Shown in pieces: positions 29,024 to 37,713 of a DNA stretch of 37,802 nt (its first letter is position 1; each line of letters begins with the position of its first letter). The stretch comes from a virus (taxonomy: Duplodnaviria > Caudoviricetes): positions 1 to 37,802 of the IMG/VR virus record IMGVR_UViG_3300035494_000040; one strand, 5' to 3'. The notes below the pieces were generated by a model. It was not told where the DNA came from. It saw only the letters and a list, made by a program, of their open reading frames with translations, and did no database searches. A program made the position numbers and the translations under genes.

Positions 29024-29484
29024 GATCTTTCCTTAGCGCTTATCCATTCTTTTACTTTACGTTGACACACGGTATAGGTATTTAGCATCCCTGTTCTGAC
29101 ATAAACAAAACACTCAACCTCATAAAACGATATGTGTTTTTTGAAAGATGTGCGATTGAAATATGATTTAAGCTTGCTGGCATGTGATTTTTTAGGTTTA
29201 TCTGATTGAGCTGTTACCCAATAGAGAATATTAACGAAAGCATCATCGTGCTTCTTTTCTAAACGAAGGATATTGGCAAGCTCAACATGAACTTCAGCAT
29301 CTAGTGCCAGGGTATGTTTTTTGGTAAATCTCTGCCTATTGGCATGGCTCAAGTAGAAATCTTTTTGGGCGTGAAGATATCCCCATGCATCATCATATCT
29401 TCCTTCGCTGATAGCTTCCTTAGCTGCATGTTTCGCTGTTGCTGCTGGGCCTAAAAAGTCTTCATACTCGAATTCACTATCCAT
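29020..29484 (-). CDS. Accessory helical hypothetical protein
   Basis: AAAGGA RBS; overlaps both neighbours; AT-rich. Confidence 0.75.
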   Translation of the reverse strand: MDSEFEYEDFLGPAATAKHAAKEAISEGRYDDAWGYLHAQKDFYLSHANRQRFTKKHTLALDAEVHVELANILRLEKKHDDAFVNILYWVTAQSDKPKKSHASKLKSYFNRTSFKKHISFYEVECFVYVRTGMLNTYTVCQRKVKEWISAKERS

Positions 29485-29761
29485 GTTCCTTTAGCCTCTC
29501 AATGGCCTGTTCAATCTGTTCTTTGATCGCCTCAAGCTCAGCTATCGCTGGGTTCTGTATTTTGTGCAGGTTTAACTTTTGGCGAATGGTATCTGCTGTT
29601 TTTATAGTCGAGTCTATGCGTATAACTAATTCCGCATTTACTGATCTTCCATTTTCCTTTGCCTTTTGTTCAATCACATCTCTTAGGTTGTCAGGCATTC
29701 GTAATGGGAATGGTGTTTGAGATCGCATAGTCATAAATGTCCAGTTAGTTAACTGGCTCAT
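29477..29761 (-). CDS. Mnt-like Arc-family repressor (start may be 29734 or 29728)
   Basis: PFPLRMPDNLRDVIEQKAKENGRSVNAELVIRI plus C-terminal helical extension. Confidence 0.85.
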   Translation of the reverse strand: MSQLTNWTFMTMRSQTPFPLRMPDNLRDVIEQKAKENGRSVNAELVIRIDSTIKTADTIRQKLNLHKIQNPAIAELEAIKEQIEQAIERLKEHG

Positions 29762-29846
29762 AATGATTCAAGCATAAAAAAATCAATGAATCATATTGAA
29801 TCATACGTAAAGTAGCCATACTCTTTGTGTGAGTCATAATGAATCA
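29754..29846. promoter_or_regulatory. Three 17-bp operators between divergent Arc-family genes
   Basis: TGGCTCA-TAA-TGATTCA (29754), TGAATCA-TAT-TGAATCA (29787), TGAGTCA-TAA-TGAATCA (29830). Confidence 0.75.
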
Positions 29847-29860
29847 CGGAGGCATATTTG

Positions 29861-30010
29861 ATGGTTGTAAAAAAAGCAAAATCACCTTTTCCGCTAAGAG
29901 CACCAGATGAATTGATGGATATCATCAAGCGTAAAAGTGCTGAAAGTGAGCGCTCTGTTAATGCAGAGATCATCTTCCAATTGAAGAAGCTATATCGGGA
30001 AGCAGCATGA
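29861..30010 (+). CDS. arc: Arc-like repressor (49 aa, missing from ORF track)
   Basis: MVVKKAKSPFPLRAPDELMDIIKRKSAESERSVNAEIIFQLKKLYREAA; GGAGG RBS. Confidence 0.88.
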   Translation: MVVKKAKSPFPLRAPDELMDIIKRKSAESERSVNAEIIFQLKKLYREAA

Positions 30011-30019
30011 TCGCCATAA

Positions 30020-30087
30020 ACAGCGAAGCCCCAACTGCGGGAACAGTCAGGGCTTCAATATCAACAAATCTAAGCGGAGTCATTGAC
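30020..30087 (-). ncRNA. sar: sar-like antisense RNA to ant (ends approximate)
   Basis: GAAGCCCCAACTGCGGGAACAGTCAGGGCTTC hairpin resembling P22 sar as recalled; minus-strand TATACT within the first ant codons. Confidence 0.7.
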
Positions 30088-30939
30088 ATGACTAGTATAG
30101 CAACTCTTGAAGCAGTTAACACTACCGTAGTGCCATTTAACGGTCAGCAGGTAATCACTGCAATGAATGATGGTATGGCCTATGTTGGTATGAAGGCTAT
30201 TGTTGAGAATCTTGGAATGAGTTGGTCAACTCAGCAATCCAAGTTAATGAAAAGTAGTGATAAATTCAACTGTGTTCATATGAACATGGTTGCTGCTGAC
30301 AGCAAAATTCGAGAAGTTTTATGCATCCCACTGCGAAAACTGAACGGCTGGTTGTTCAGCATCAATCCGGCGAAGGTGAGGGCTGATATTCGTGATCGCC
30401 TGATCACCTATCAGGAAGAATGTTTTACCGTACTTTACAACTACTGGTCGAATGCCAGTAAACCAAAGCAGCGCCAGTGCAATACCAAACAGTTGGCACC
30501 GCTACGGCAAAAAGTTGAGGCATTAATCGGAACGGGTGTTGGCAACATTTATCCGGATATCTGGAAGTTGATCCACAAACGTTTCGACATCGATACCATC
30601 AACCAGTTAGCTCCGGAACAAGTTCCAGAGGCGATAAGTTATCTTGATGCGTTGGAAGGCGAGTTGTTGCCAAGACAGGATAATGAGGTGTTTACCATCA
30701 ACCGTGAACAGGCAATGTCTATTTGTCACTTGCTGTGCCATGTTTATTGGGTAGAACAGCGTTGGCAGAACGGTATTGGTGCAGGGTTGAAAGAGATGGG
30801 CAGCCCGTTGTATGGGCAGACGCATGAGCACGTCATTCACATGGCGAGATTTGGCAGGATATTGGACCGTGAGCTTGCGCCTATGCTTAAGCAATTCGAG
30901 CATTTAAGCGGTGAGCGATTGCAGTTGTTGCAATCTTGA
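30088..30939 (+). CDS. ant: P22 Ant-like antirepressor
   Basis: MTSIATLEAVNTTVVPFNGQ...LNGWLFSINPAKVRADIRD...YQEECF; GGAG RBS before 30088. Confidence 0.92.
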   Translation: MTSIATLEAVNTTVVPFNGQQVITAMNDGMAYVGMKAIVENLGMSWSTQQSKLMKSSDKFNCVHMNMVAADSKIREVLCIPLRKLNGWLFSINPAKVRADIRDRLITYQEECFTVLYNYWSNASKPKQRQCNTKQLAPLRQKVEALIGTGVGNIYPDIWKLIHKRFDIDTINQLAPEQVPEAISYLDALEGELLPRQDNEVFTINREQAMSICHLLCHVYWVEQRWQNGIGAGLKEMGSPLYGQTHEHVIHMARFGRILDRELAPMLKQFEHLSGERLQLLQS

Positions 30940-30990
30940 CCCAACAGTGATTAAATTTTCCCAGAGTGGAAGAAAAGTAGTAGTACCCTG

Positions 30991-31052
30991 AAAACCGTCC
31001 TTTGTGGCGGTTTTTGCGTTTTTGGCCTCGGCATTTTATCGGGGCTTTTTTG
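30991..31052 (+). terminator. Tandem terminators after ant
   Basis: Two GC hairpins each followed by T runs. Confidence 0.65.
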
Positions 31053-31183
31053 TTTCTGAAATTCACCGCGCCTTAGCACGCGCAAACCACCAAGAGCCTA
31101 CAGACAATGAGCCTGAGAGATCCCGTTATCTCTTGGGGCGGTATCTCTGTGCTAACAGGCTCATTCTCTATAGGAGCTTTACT

Positions 31184-31726
31184 ATGGAACACCACGAATT
31201 GGATATGACTATTGACCTGCGTTGTCTGGTCACTGCGGCTAATGGCATGCCTTCAACTGACACGATGCAAATTGCCAAAGCGTTTGGTAAGCGTCATCAA
31301 CACGTAGTTCGTGCATTAGAAAATCTGCAATGTTCCGAAGAGTTCTCGAAGGCCCACTTTTGGGCTGTCGAGAAAATCAATGACTTAGGCATCTTTGACA
31401 AGAAGCAAAAATACTATCGAATGGATTTTAGCGGTTTTGTTATGGTGGTGATGGGGTTTAATGGTGCCAAGGCCGCAGCAATCAAAGAAGCCTATATCAA
31501 CGCCTTTAACTGGATGACGGAAGAGTTGCATAAACTCAGCCGCAACTACGAAGCTGAACGCAACGCCGTAATGCTGGAATACATGAAAGAAAGTGATGTT
31601 GCCAGTATGTCAGGCCGCTTGCTTAACCGCTGGGGAAGGGTGAAGAAGCCATCGCTTTTAGCGCGAATAGAAATGTTAGAGCAAGAAGGGCAGTTCACAC
31701 TGCCGTTTTTCAAAATAGCAAGTTAG
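31184..31726 (+). CDS. Rha-family regulatory protein
   Basis: IAKAFGKRHQHVVRAL...GFVMVVMGFNGAKAAAIKEAYINAFN; AGGAG RBS. Confidence 0.9.
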   Translation: MEHHELDMTIDLRCLVTAANGMPSTDTMQIAKAFGKRHQHVVRALENLQCSEEFSKAHFWAVEKINDLGIFDKKQKYYRMDFSGFVMVVMGFNGAKAAAIKEAYINAFNWMTEELHKLSRNYEAERNAVMLEYMKESDVASMSGRLLNRWGRVKKPSLLARIEMLEQEGQFTLPFFKIAS

Positions 31727-31735
31727 CCAATAGAT

Positions 31736-31755
31736 GCCGCGAAAGCGGTTTTTTT
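31736..31755 (+). terminator. Rho-independent terminator
   Basis: GCCGC-GAAA-GCGGT plus T run. Confidence 0.7.
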
Positions 31756-31783
31756 GTACCTGAATGTCGGGAGACATTAATCC

Positions 31784-34700
31784 ATGATGCAGCAATCTGC
31801 GCAGCCAATAAAAGGCGCTAAATCTGGTGGTTCTGGTTCACAGACGCCATATACTGCACCAGACACGCTGCGTTCTGTCGCCACTGCAAAACTGCTGTAT
31901 GCCATCAGTGAAGGCGAGATAGAAGGGCTGGTAAATGGCTATAACTCGGTGTACCTGGATGGAACACCTGTTAAAAACTCCGATGACAGCTCCAATATCG
32001 AAGGCGTTACCGTTGATTTTCGCGCCGGGACTGTTGACCAAAGCTATATCCAAGGCTTCCCGGAAACCAACAATGAAATATCTGTAGGGGTAGAACTACG
32101 CTACGGTACTCCTTGGGTACGCCAGTTCACTAATCCACAGTTATCGGCGGTACGGTTACGTTTTGCGTGGCCTTCTTTGCTGACTCAGAAGGACAATGGT
32201 GATCGTGTTGGATACCGTATTACCTATGCCATAGATGTTTCCACCGATGGCGGCAGTTACACCACTGTACTTACCACAGCCGTAGACGGAAAGACAGAAT
32301 CTGAGTACGAGCGCAGCCACCGCATTGATTTACCGCAGCAAGGTTCAAGCTGGCAGATCCGCGTTAGACGATTGACTGAAAATGCCGATTCTGTAACGAC
32401 TGGCGACACTATGAATGTGGTGTCGTACACGGAAGTTGTTGATGCCAAGTTACGCTATCCGCACACTGCATTACTGGCCGTTCAATACAACTCTGAGCAG
32501 TTTTCTAGCGTTCCGAAATTCGCGGCACTGTGCCGGGGACGCATTATCCAAGTGCCGACCAACTACGATCCTGAGTTGCGCACGTACGCCACCTCTGGCG
32601 CAGGAACCACTAACGGCGTATGGGATGGCACATTTAAGCTGGCATACACCAATAACCCGGCATGGGTTTGGTATGACTTAATCCTGCATAAACGTTATGG
32701 TCTCGGCAATCGCATCAATGCCAATATGGTGAATAAATGGAAGCTGTACCAGATCGCCCAATACTGCGATGTGATGGTCGATGACGGTAAAGGCGGTACC
32801 GAGCCACGCTATACCTGCAACGTCTACATACAGACGCAATCACAGGCTTACAAACTGCTCAATGAGATCACCAGCATTTTCCACGGCAGTAGTTACTGGG
32901 ATGGCAGTCAGATGGTAGTCAATGCCGACATGCCAGAAGACCCGATTTACAACTATACCAATGCCAACGTTATTAATGGGATTTTCGAGTACAAAGGGAC
33001 AGCTTTACGTGATCGACATAGCGTGGCCACTGCCAAGTGGAGTAACCCAGATTTAAACTACGAAGACGATACCGCCGTTGTTTTTGATGATTCAGCAGTA
33101 ACACTAGGGATATCACAGCTTGATGTTGACGTTGTCGGATGTACGTCAGAAGGTCAGGCGCAACGGGCTGGATTATGGGCGCTTAAGTCTGAGCAGTTAG
33201 AAACCCGTACAGTGACATTCGCTGTCGGATTAGATGGGCAGATACCGCGCCCATTCAACATCATCAATATTGCTGACCAGATGTTGCAGGGCGCAATGAA
33301 TGGTGGACGCATCAAAACTGCTAATGCTTCAGTTATTCAGCTTGACCGTATCTCGGATGCATCCGTTGGCGATCGCCTGATTGTCAACCTGCCATCAGGC
33401 AAGGCTGAGTCACGCAATATCACCGACATTGACGGCTATCATGTCACTGTTTCGCCAGATTACTCCGAGGTGCCTCAAGCGCAATCTGTGTGGGTAGTTG
33501 ACTCTGATAATTTGGCTGTGATGCAGTTTCGCGTACTTTCAATCAAGCGGTCTGAAGAACAACAGTACGAGATAAACGGCGTTATCAGTGTGCCTGGCAA
33601 GCATGCTGCCATCGACAGCGGCGCAAAAATCGATGTTAAGCCAATATCAGTAATCCCGGCAAAAATCCAAGATCCGCCAACAAATGTCACTATCGGCCAG
33701 AGAACGTTAGTCGAACAGACGCTATCTGTAACGGTAATGACAATCCAATGGGATGCTGCAGATGGGGCTGTGGCTTATGATGTGGAGTGGCGTAAGGACA
33801 ATAGCGACTGGATAAAAGTGCCGAGAACTGGCACCAGAAGTGTTGAAGTGCGTGGGGTTTATATCGGGCAATATCTGGCCAGAGTTACCGCGATAAATGC
33901 TGCTGATATTTCATCTAAATATGCCACATCAGCACTTACAGATATCACCGGCAAAACCGGAGCCCCGCCGGCACTCGCCAGCCTTACCACATCATCAATC
34001 GTCTTTGGCATCGATTTAAACTGGAGCTTTCCGGCAGGAGCAGAGGACACGCTTTACACCGAAATTTACTATGCAACCAATGGCAACGGAGATAATGAAA
34101 CACTGCTCGGTCAATATGCCTATCCACTGGATAACCATACGCTGAATGGGTTAGCTGCCGGCGTAAGTTTTTGGTTTAAGGCGCGCATTGTAGACAGAAC
34201 AGGAAATATCGGTCCATGGACTGATTATGTGCAAGGTTCATCATCGTCAGATGCCGGAGCCATTCTCGATTATCTAACCGGTAAAATCACCGAGAGCGAA
34301 CTTGCTCAAGACTTGCTGCAACCCATTCAGAGCATTCCAACGCTCACGGCCAACATCGATTCAATCAATCAGCAGTTGGCAGAGATAACAGGCGCTGGCG
34401 CATGGGTAAATACCACTGTTTATGATAGTGGTGATTACGTCACTTATGACGATGGCACAGGCGTTTCGCTGTACCGAGCTAAACAAGATGCCATCCCCGC
34501 CGGAACGCTACCCACTAATACCACTTATTGGGAGTACGTTGGCGACTATGCCAGCATCGGAGAAGCGGTCGCCGCGCTTACGGCATCAGTCACTGACATT
34601 GAAAATTCCATTGATGTACTCGATGGACAACTCACTGCCAACGTTCGCCGCACAGACACGATGATCAGCGCCTATCGTGATGATGATAACGGCGAAGGCC

Positions 34701-35875
34701 GTCTAGCTGACGTGTTAGCGGGCTGGAAAGCAAAAGCTGCTATTAAGCTTGAGCAGAAGACTCGTGCTTCTGAAATCGAAGCGGAGGCACAGCAGCGGCT
34801 AAATCTAACAGCTACAGTTAATAGTAATTATTCGGATATTACTCAACAGTTAACAGTGCTGAGTAATGACCAGCAGTCAACAGCACAATCTCTAGAGCAA
34901 GTTGTCTCAACTGTCGGCGACAACACCGCTGCTGTGCAGCAAGTGTCACAAGCACAAGCAGATCTAGAAGGCAACGTATCAGCGATGTGGAAAGTCAGCA
35001 TGAACGTAACTGCTGATGGGAAATATTACGCGGCCGGGTTTGGAGTTGGTTTTGATAATGGAGATCAGGGATTACAGTCAGCATTTTATGTACTGGCTAA
35101 TAAGTTTGCCATATTAAATCAGGTTACAGGTACCAGTGCTGTAACATTGCCTTTTGCAGTTCAAAACGGCCAGGTACTGATAAATAATGCTGTGATCGGA
35201 ACGCTGCAAAATAAAACAATTATCCAGCGTGTAGGCACATCAATGCAGGTATTTGGCATTGGATTTGGGAGTTCAGGGCAATTCATTGAGTGGTTTGGTC
35301 CTGATGTTGGCGATCCGAGTAACTGCACAGAAGCGAATGCTACATCTTATAAAAAAACCAACGGTGATCAGTTTACCGGCGGTTCATTTAGGAGCGGAGT
35401 GCTGCAGAACGGTTATCAAAATACTGGAATTAGCGCATATACAGTTGGCGATTACCCAGTATCATTCGGCCCATTCGGCACAAATGGCCGCAGCAAAACA
35501 GTATTGCTATCCATCAGTGCAGTAGCACCTACAGTGCAGTTTGGTACGCATCTAGACGGTTGGTCACCTGGTACGCTTCCAACACCTGTTTTTGGGTGGG
35601 CAATAGAGAGAAAGATCGGGTCTGGCTCATGGACGCAAATAGCTGCCGGAACGATCACTGGGTCAACAGTAGTTCATCAGGATGAAATACCTGATACTAA
35701 TCAATACAATTACTACTCAACATCATCGATTGATGGATCGTATACATACACAGATAACTCTGTATCTATGGACAACTTTAATTACAGAGTTAGAGTTACT
35801 GCATGGACAAGTGTTTATTCAGGATCAAATCCGACAGCGCGTCAAAGTATTGGGCTAACATCTATTGAGTCTTAA
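31784..35875 (+). CDS. Central tail tip / host specificity protein J-like
   Basis: SEGEIEGLV, WDGTFKLAYTNNPAW, GCTSEGQAQRAG, FNIII-like segments, DUF1983-like region. Confidence 0.95.
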   Translation: MMQQSAQPIKGAKSGGSGSQTPYTAPDTLRSVATAKLLYAISEGEIEGLVNGYNSVYLDGTPVKNSDDSSNIEGVTVDFRAGTVDQSYIQGFPETNNEISVGVELRYGTPWVRQFTNPQLSAVRLRFAWPSLLTQKDNGDRVGYRITYAIDVSTDGGSYTTVLTTAVDGKTESEYERSHRIDLPQQGSSWQIRVRRLTENADSVTTGDTMNVVSYTEVVDAKLRYPHTALLAVQYNSEQFSSVPKFAALCRGRIIQVPTNYDPELRTYATSGAGTTNGVWDGTFKLAYTNNPAWVWYDLILHKRYGLGNRINANMVNKWKLYQIAQYCDVMVDDGKGGTEPRYTCNVYIQTQSQAYKLLNEITSIFHGSSYWDGSQMVVNADMPEDPIYNYTNANVINGIFEYKGTALRDRHSVATAKWSNPDLNYEDDTAVVFDDSAVTLGISQLDVDVVGCTSEGQAQRAGLWALKSEQLETRTVTFAVGLDGQIPRPFNIINIADQMLQGAMNGGRIKTANASVIQLDRISDASVGDRLIVNLPSGKAESRNITDIDGYHVTVSPDYSEVPQAQSVWVVDSDNLAVMQFRVLSIKRSEEQQYEINGVISVPGKHAAIDSGAKIDVKPISVIPAKIQDPPTNVTIGQRTLVEQTLSVTVMTIQWDAADGAVAYDVEWRKDNSDWIKVPRTGTRSVEVRGVYIGQYLARVTAINAADISSKYATSALTDITGKTGAPPALASLTTSSIVFGIDLNWSFPAGAEDTLYTEIYYATNGNGDNETLLGQYAYPLDNHTLNGLAAGVSFWFKARIVDRTGNIGPWTDYVQGSSSSDAGAILDYLTGKITESELAQDLLQPIQSIPTLTANIDSINQQLAEITGAGAWVNTTVYDSGDYVTYDDGTGVSLYRAKQDAIPAGTLPTNTTYWEYVGDYASIGEAVAALTASVTDIENSIDVLDGQLTANVRRTDTMISAYRDDDNGEGRLADVLAGWKAKAAIKLEQKTRASEIEAEAQQRLNLTATVNSNYSDITQQLTVLSNDQQSTAQSLEQVVSTVGDNTAAVQQVSQAQADLEGNVSAMWKVSMNVTADGKYYAAGFGVGFDNGDQGLQSAFYVLANKFAILNQVTGTSAVTLPFAVQNGQVLINNAVIGTLQNKTIIQRVGTSMQVFGIGFGSSGQFIEWFGPDVGDPSNCTEANATSYKKTNGDQFTGGSFRSGVLQNGYQNTGISAYTVGDYPVSFGPFGTNGRSKTVLLSISAVAPTVQFGTHLDGWSPGTLPTPVFGWAIERKIGSGSWTQIAAGTITGSTVVHQDEIPDTNQYNYYSTSSIDGSYTYTDNSVSMDNFNYRVRVTAWTSVYSGSNPTARQSIGLTSIES

Positions 35876-36165
35876 TGACTCTTTAATGACCAATATTTAT
35901 CACAAATTATTTTACCAGTTGATTTATATTTTCTGCACTTTTTAAAAACGGTGTCACCAACATTCACAATGACAGTTTTATTAACTGATCCTTTTTTTGA
36001 TGCTTCAGCAAATGATGTGATGATACGGCATTCGTCACCTTGGACAATACACTGACTTTTATCAGTAATTGTCATTTCCTTTATAAATGTAACAGGTTTT
36101 TCACTGCTTATTGCACTGAAAGAAAAACCAATAAGTAAAGCTGCAAATAATTTTGATTTTTTCAT
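35872..36165 (-). CDS. Small exported accessory protein
   Basis: Signal peptide, four Cys, AGGAG RBS, very AT-rich. Confidence 0.75.
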   Translation of the reverse strand: MKKSKLFAALLIGFSFSAISSEKPVTFIKEMTITDKSQCIVQGDECRIITSFAEASKKGSVNKTVIVNVGDTVFKKCRKYKSTGKIICDKYWSLKSH

Positions 36166-36282
36166 GATATAGCTCCTTTTTACAGTTTATTTTACGAACG
36201 ATTTAAAAATTCATTTCATTAAACTTTTATAGGTTTTAATGAATTGCTCTGATTAATAAGTCAGGATTTATTGGAGATAAAA

Positions 36283-37653
36283 ATGGCATGGTACAGAACA
36301 GGCACAGTAACCGTCACTAACGGCCAGACTGCTGTTACAGGAAGCGGAACGGCATGGGTGGAAAACAGCCGGGTAGGTGATGCATTCGTTGGTCCTGATG
36401 GGCTGACCTATGAGATAACGAATATTGCCAGTGATTCGGCACTATCAATTTATCCGGGTTACAAAAGCAATTCTCAGTCAGGCCAAGGGTACTCTATCAT
36501 TCCTGTCCAAGGTTATACCAAGAAATTGGCAGACCAGGCATCCGAACTGATAAATGACTATGATGACGCGCTGAATACACTTGAGACTGACTATAACCAG
36601 AACGTCAGCAACTTAACGATTATCGCAACGGATGGCTATCGAAAGTCGATCGAGCAAAATTCAGGGGGTAGAAATACTGTCGTATATGATGCACAGGGAA
36701 ATCCAAATATCATGTGTGTGATACCAAGGTTCAACGTTGAAGATCTCGGCCTGACGGCATTAAATCTTGGCACCGGAACGCATCCTGCATTCATCACAAA
36801 TGGGGCACCTCGTGGCGAAATCCTTGTCGGCAAATATCTGGCGTCATCGGCGGCTGGCGGCACTGCTGTTATCGGCGGCCCTCAGCCGCGAACCTCGGTT
36901 AACTACGACCAGGCCAAGCAGCTTTGCACCCAGAAGGGCAGTAACTGGCACCTTATGTCGATCCACGAATGGGCCGCTATTGCACTATGGTCTCTGGCTA
37001 ATGGCACTGTGCCTCGCGGCAACACAAACTATGGCCGCAGCCATGAGGCGAAGTGGGAAACCGCTCGCCGCGCCGATAATGGATTGCCTGGAGATACCAG
37101 TGGCACAGGTCGAACAGACACAGGCAAGGGCCCAGCAACGTGGAATCACGATCATACTGAGTTCGGTGTATGTGATCTGGTCGGAAACGTCTGGGAATGG
37201 ATTGACCAGATGAAATTGGATGACGGCCAAATCCTGACAACGCTGGATAACAACCCATCATTAACAGAGGCTGGATGGAATCGTCACACAGCGTATTACG
37301 ATTCAACTTCAACTACCGGCGGCTCACCTATCCTCAATTCAACAGTGACAAATCGCATGGGTAATGTCGGTGACGACGCAAGCTCTGGATATAGCAACTC
37401 TGTCGAATTCAAGCTTCTGCAAAAATCTGCTGGTTATACTCCTGTTGAACTGCTCAGACAGCTGCTGCTAGAGACTGCATCAGCCCAGACTGTTGGAGGG
37501 TTTCTATACACTAGAAACTATGGTGACCGATTCCCGCTTCGCGGGGGCAGCTGGAGCAATGGCTCGAGCGCCGGGTTGGGCGCGCTCATTCTGGGCGATG
37601 CGCGGTCGCTCTCGGCCAGTTACGTCGGTTTTCGCCCCGCTTTCTTTGTGTAA
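36283..37653 (+). CDS. Tail fibre/receptor-binding protein with C-terminal CLec (FGE-like) domain; DGR target
   Basis: MAWYRTGTVTVTNG anchor; HLMSIHEWAA, DLVGNVWEW, RGGSW...GFRPAF. Confidence 0.9.
   Translation: MAWYRTGTVTVTNGQTAVTGSGTAWVENSRVGDAFVGPDGLTYEITNIASDSALSIYPGYKSNSQSGQGYSIIPVQGYTKKLADQASELINDYDDALNTLETDYNQNVSNLTIIATDGYRKSIEQNSGGRNTVVYDAQGNPNIMCVIPRFNVEDLGLTALNLGTGTHPAFITNGAPRGEILVGKYLASSAAGGTAVIGGPQPRTSVNYDQAKQLCTQKGSNWHLMSIHEWAAIALWSLANGTVPRGNTNYGRSHEAKWETARRADNGLPGDTSGTGRTDTGKGPATWNHDHTEFGVCDLVGNVWEWIDQMKLDDGQILTTLDNNPSLTEAGWNRHTAYYDSTSTTGGSPILNSTVTNRMGNVGDDASSGYSNSVEFKLLQKSAGYTPVELLRQLLLETASAQTVGGFLYTRNYGDRFPLRGGSWSNGSSAGLGALILGDARSLSASYVGFRPAFFV
37528..37653 (+). repeat. DGR variable repeat (VR) and start of IMH region
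   Basis: Last 40 sense codons are GC-rich with only 9 A, none at third positions; partner TR not in window. Confidence 0.8.
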
Positions 37654-37674
37654 CTGTTAACTGATTCTTTGGAT

Positions 37675-37692
37675 GGCGCACGGTAGTGCGCC
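37675..37692 (+). other. DGR target-recognition hairpin
   Basis: GGCGCAC-GGTA-GTGCGCC, 7-bp stem with GRNA loop, no U-tract typical of a terminator. Confidence 0.8.
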
Positions 37693-37713
37693 CTTTAGTT
37701 GTGCGGAGGCAAG

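Noticed and set aside
29791-29973. 60-aa minus-strand ORF
   Set aside because: Overlaps the operators and the better-supported arc gene on the plus strand
30007-30087. N-terminal extension of ant (likewise 31004-31183 for rha)
   Set aside because: Downstream ATGs have RBSs and match family starts; the extensions cover regulatory hairpins
1-37527. Template repeat, RT or second VR inside the window
   Set aside because: No second copy of the VR and no RT-like ORF seen by eye; a self-alignment would confirm
37675-37700. Intrinsic terminator after the fibre gene
   Set aside because: Only a short T run follows; position and GRNA loop fit the DGR hairpin better
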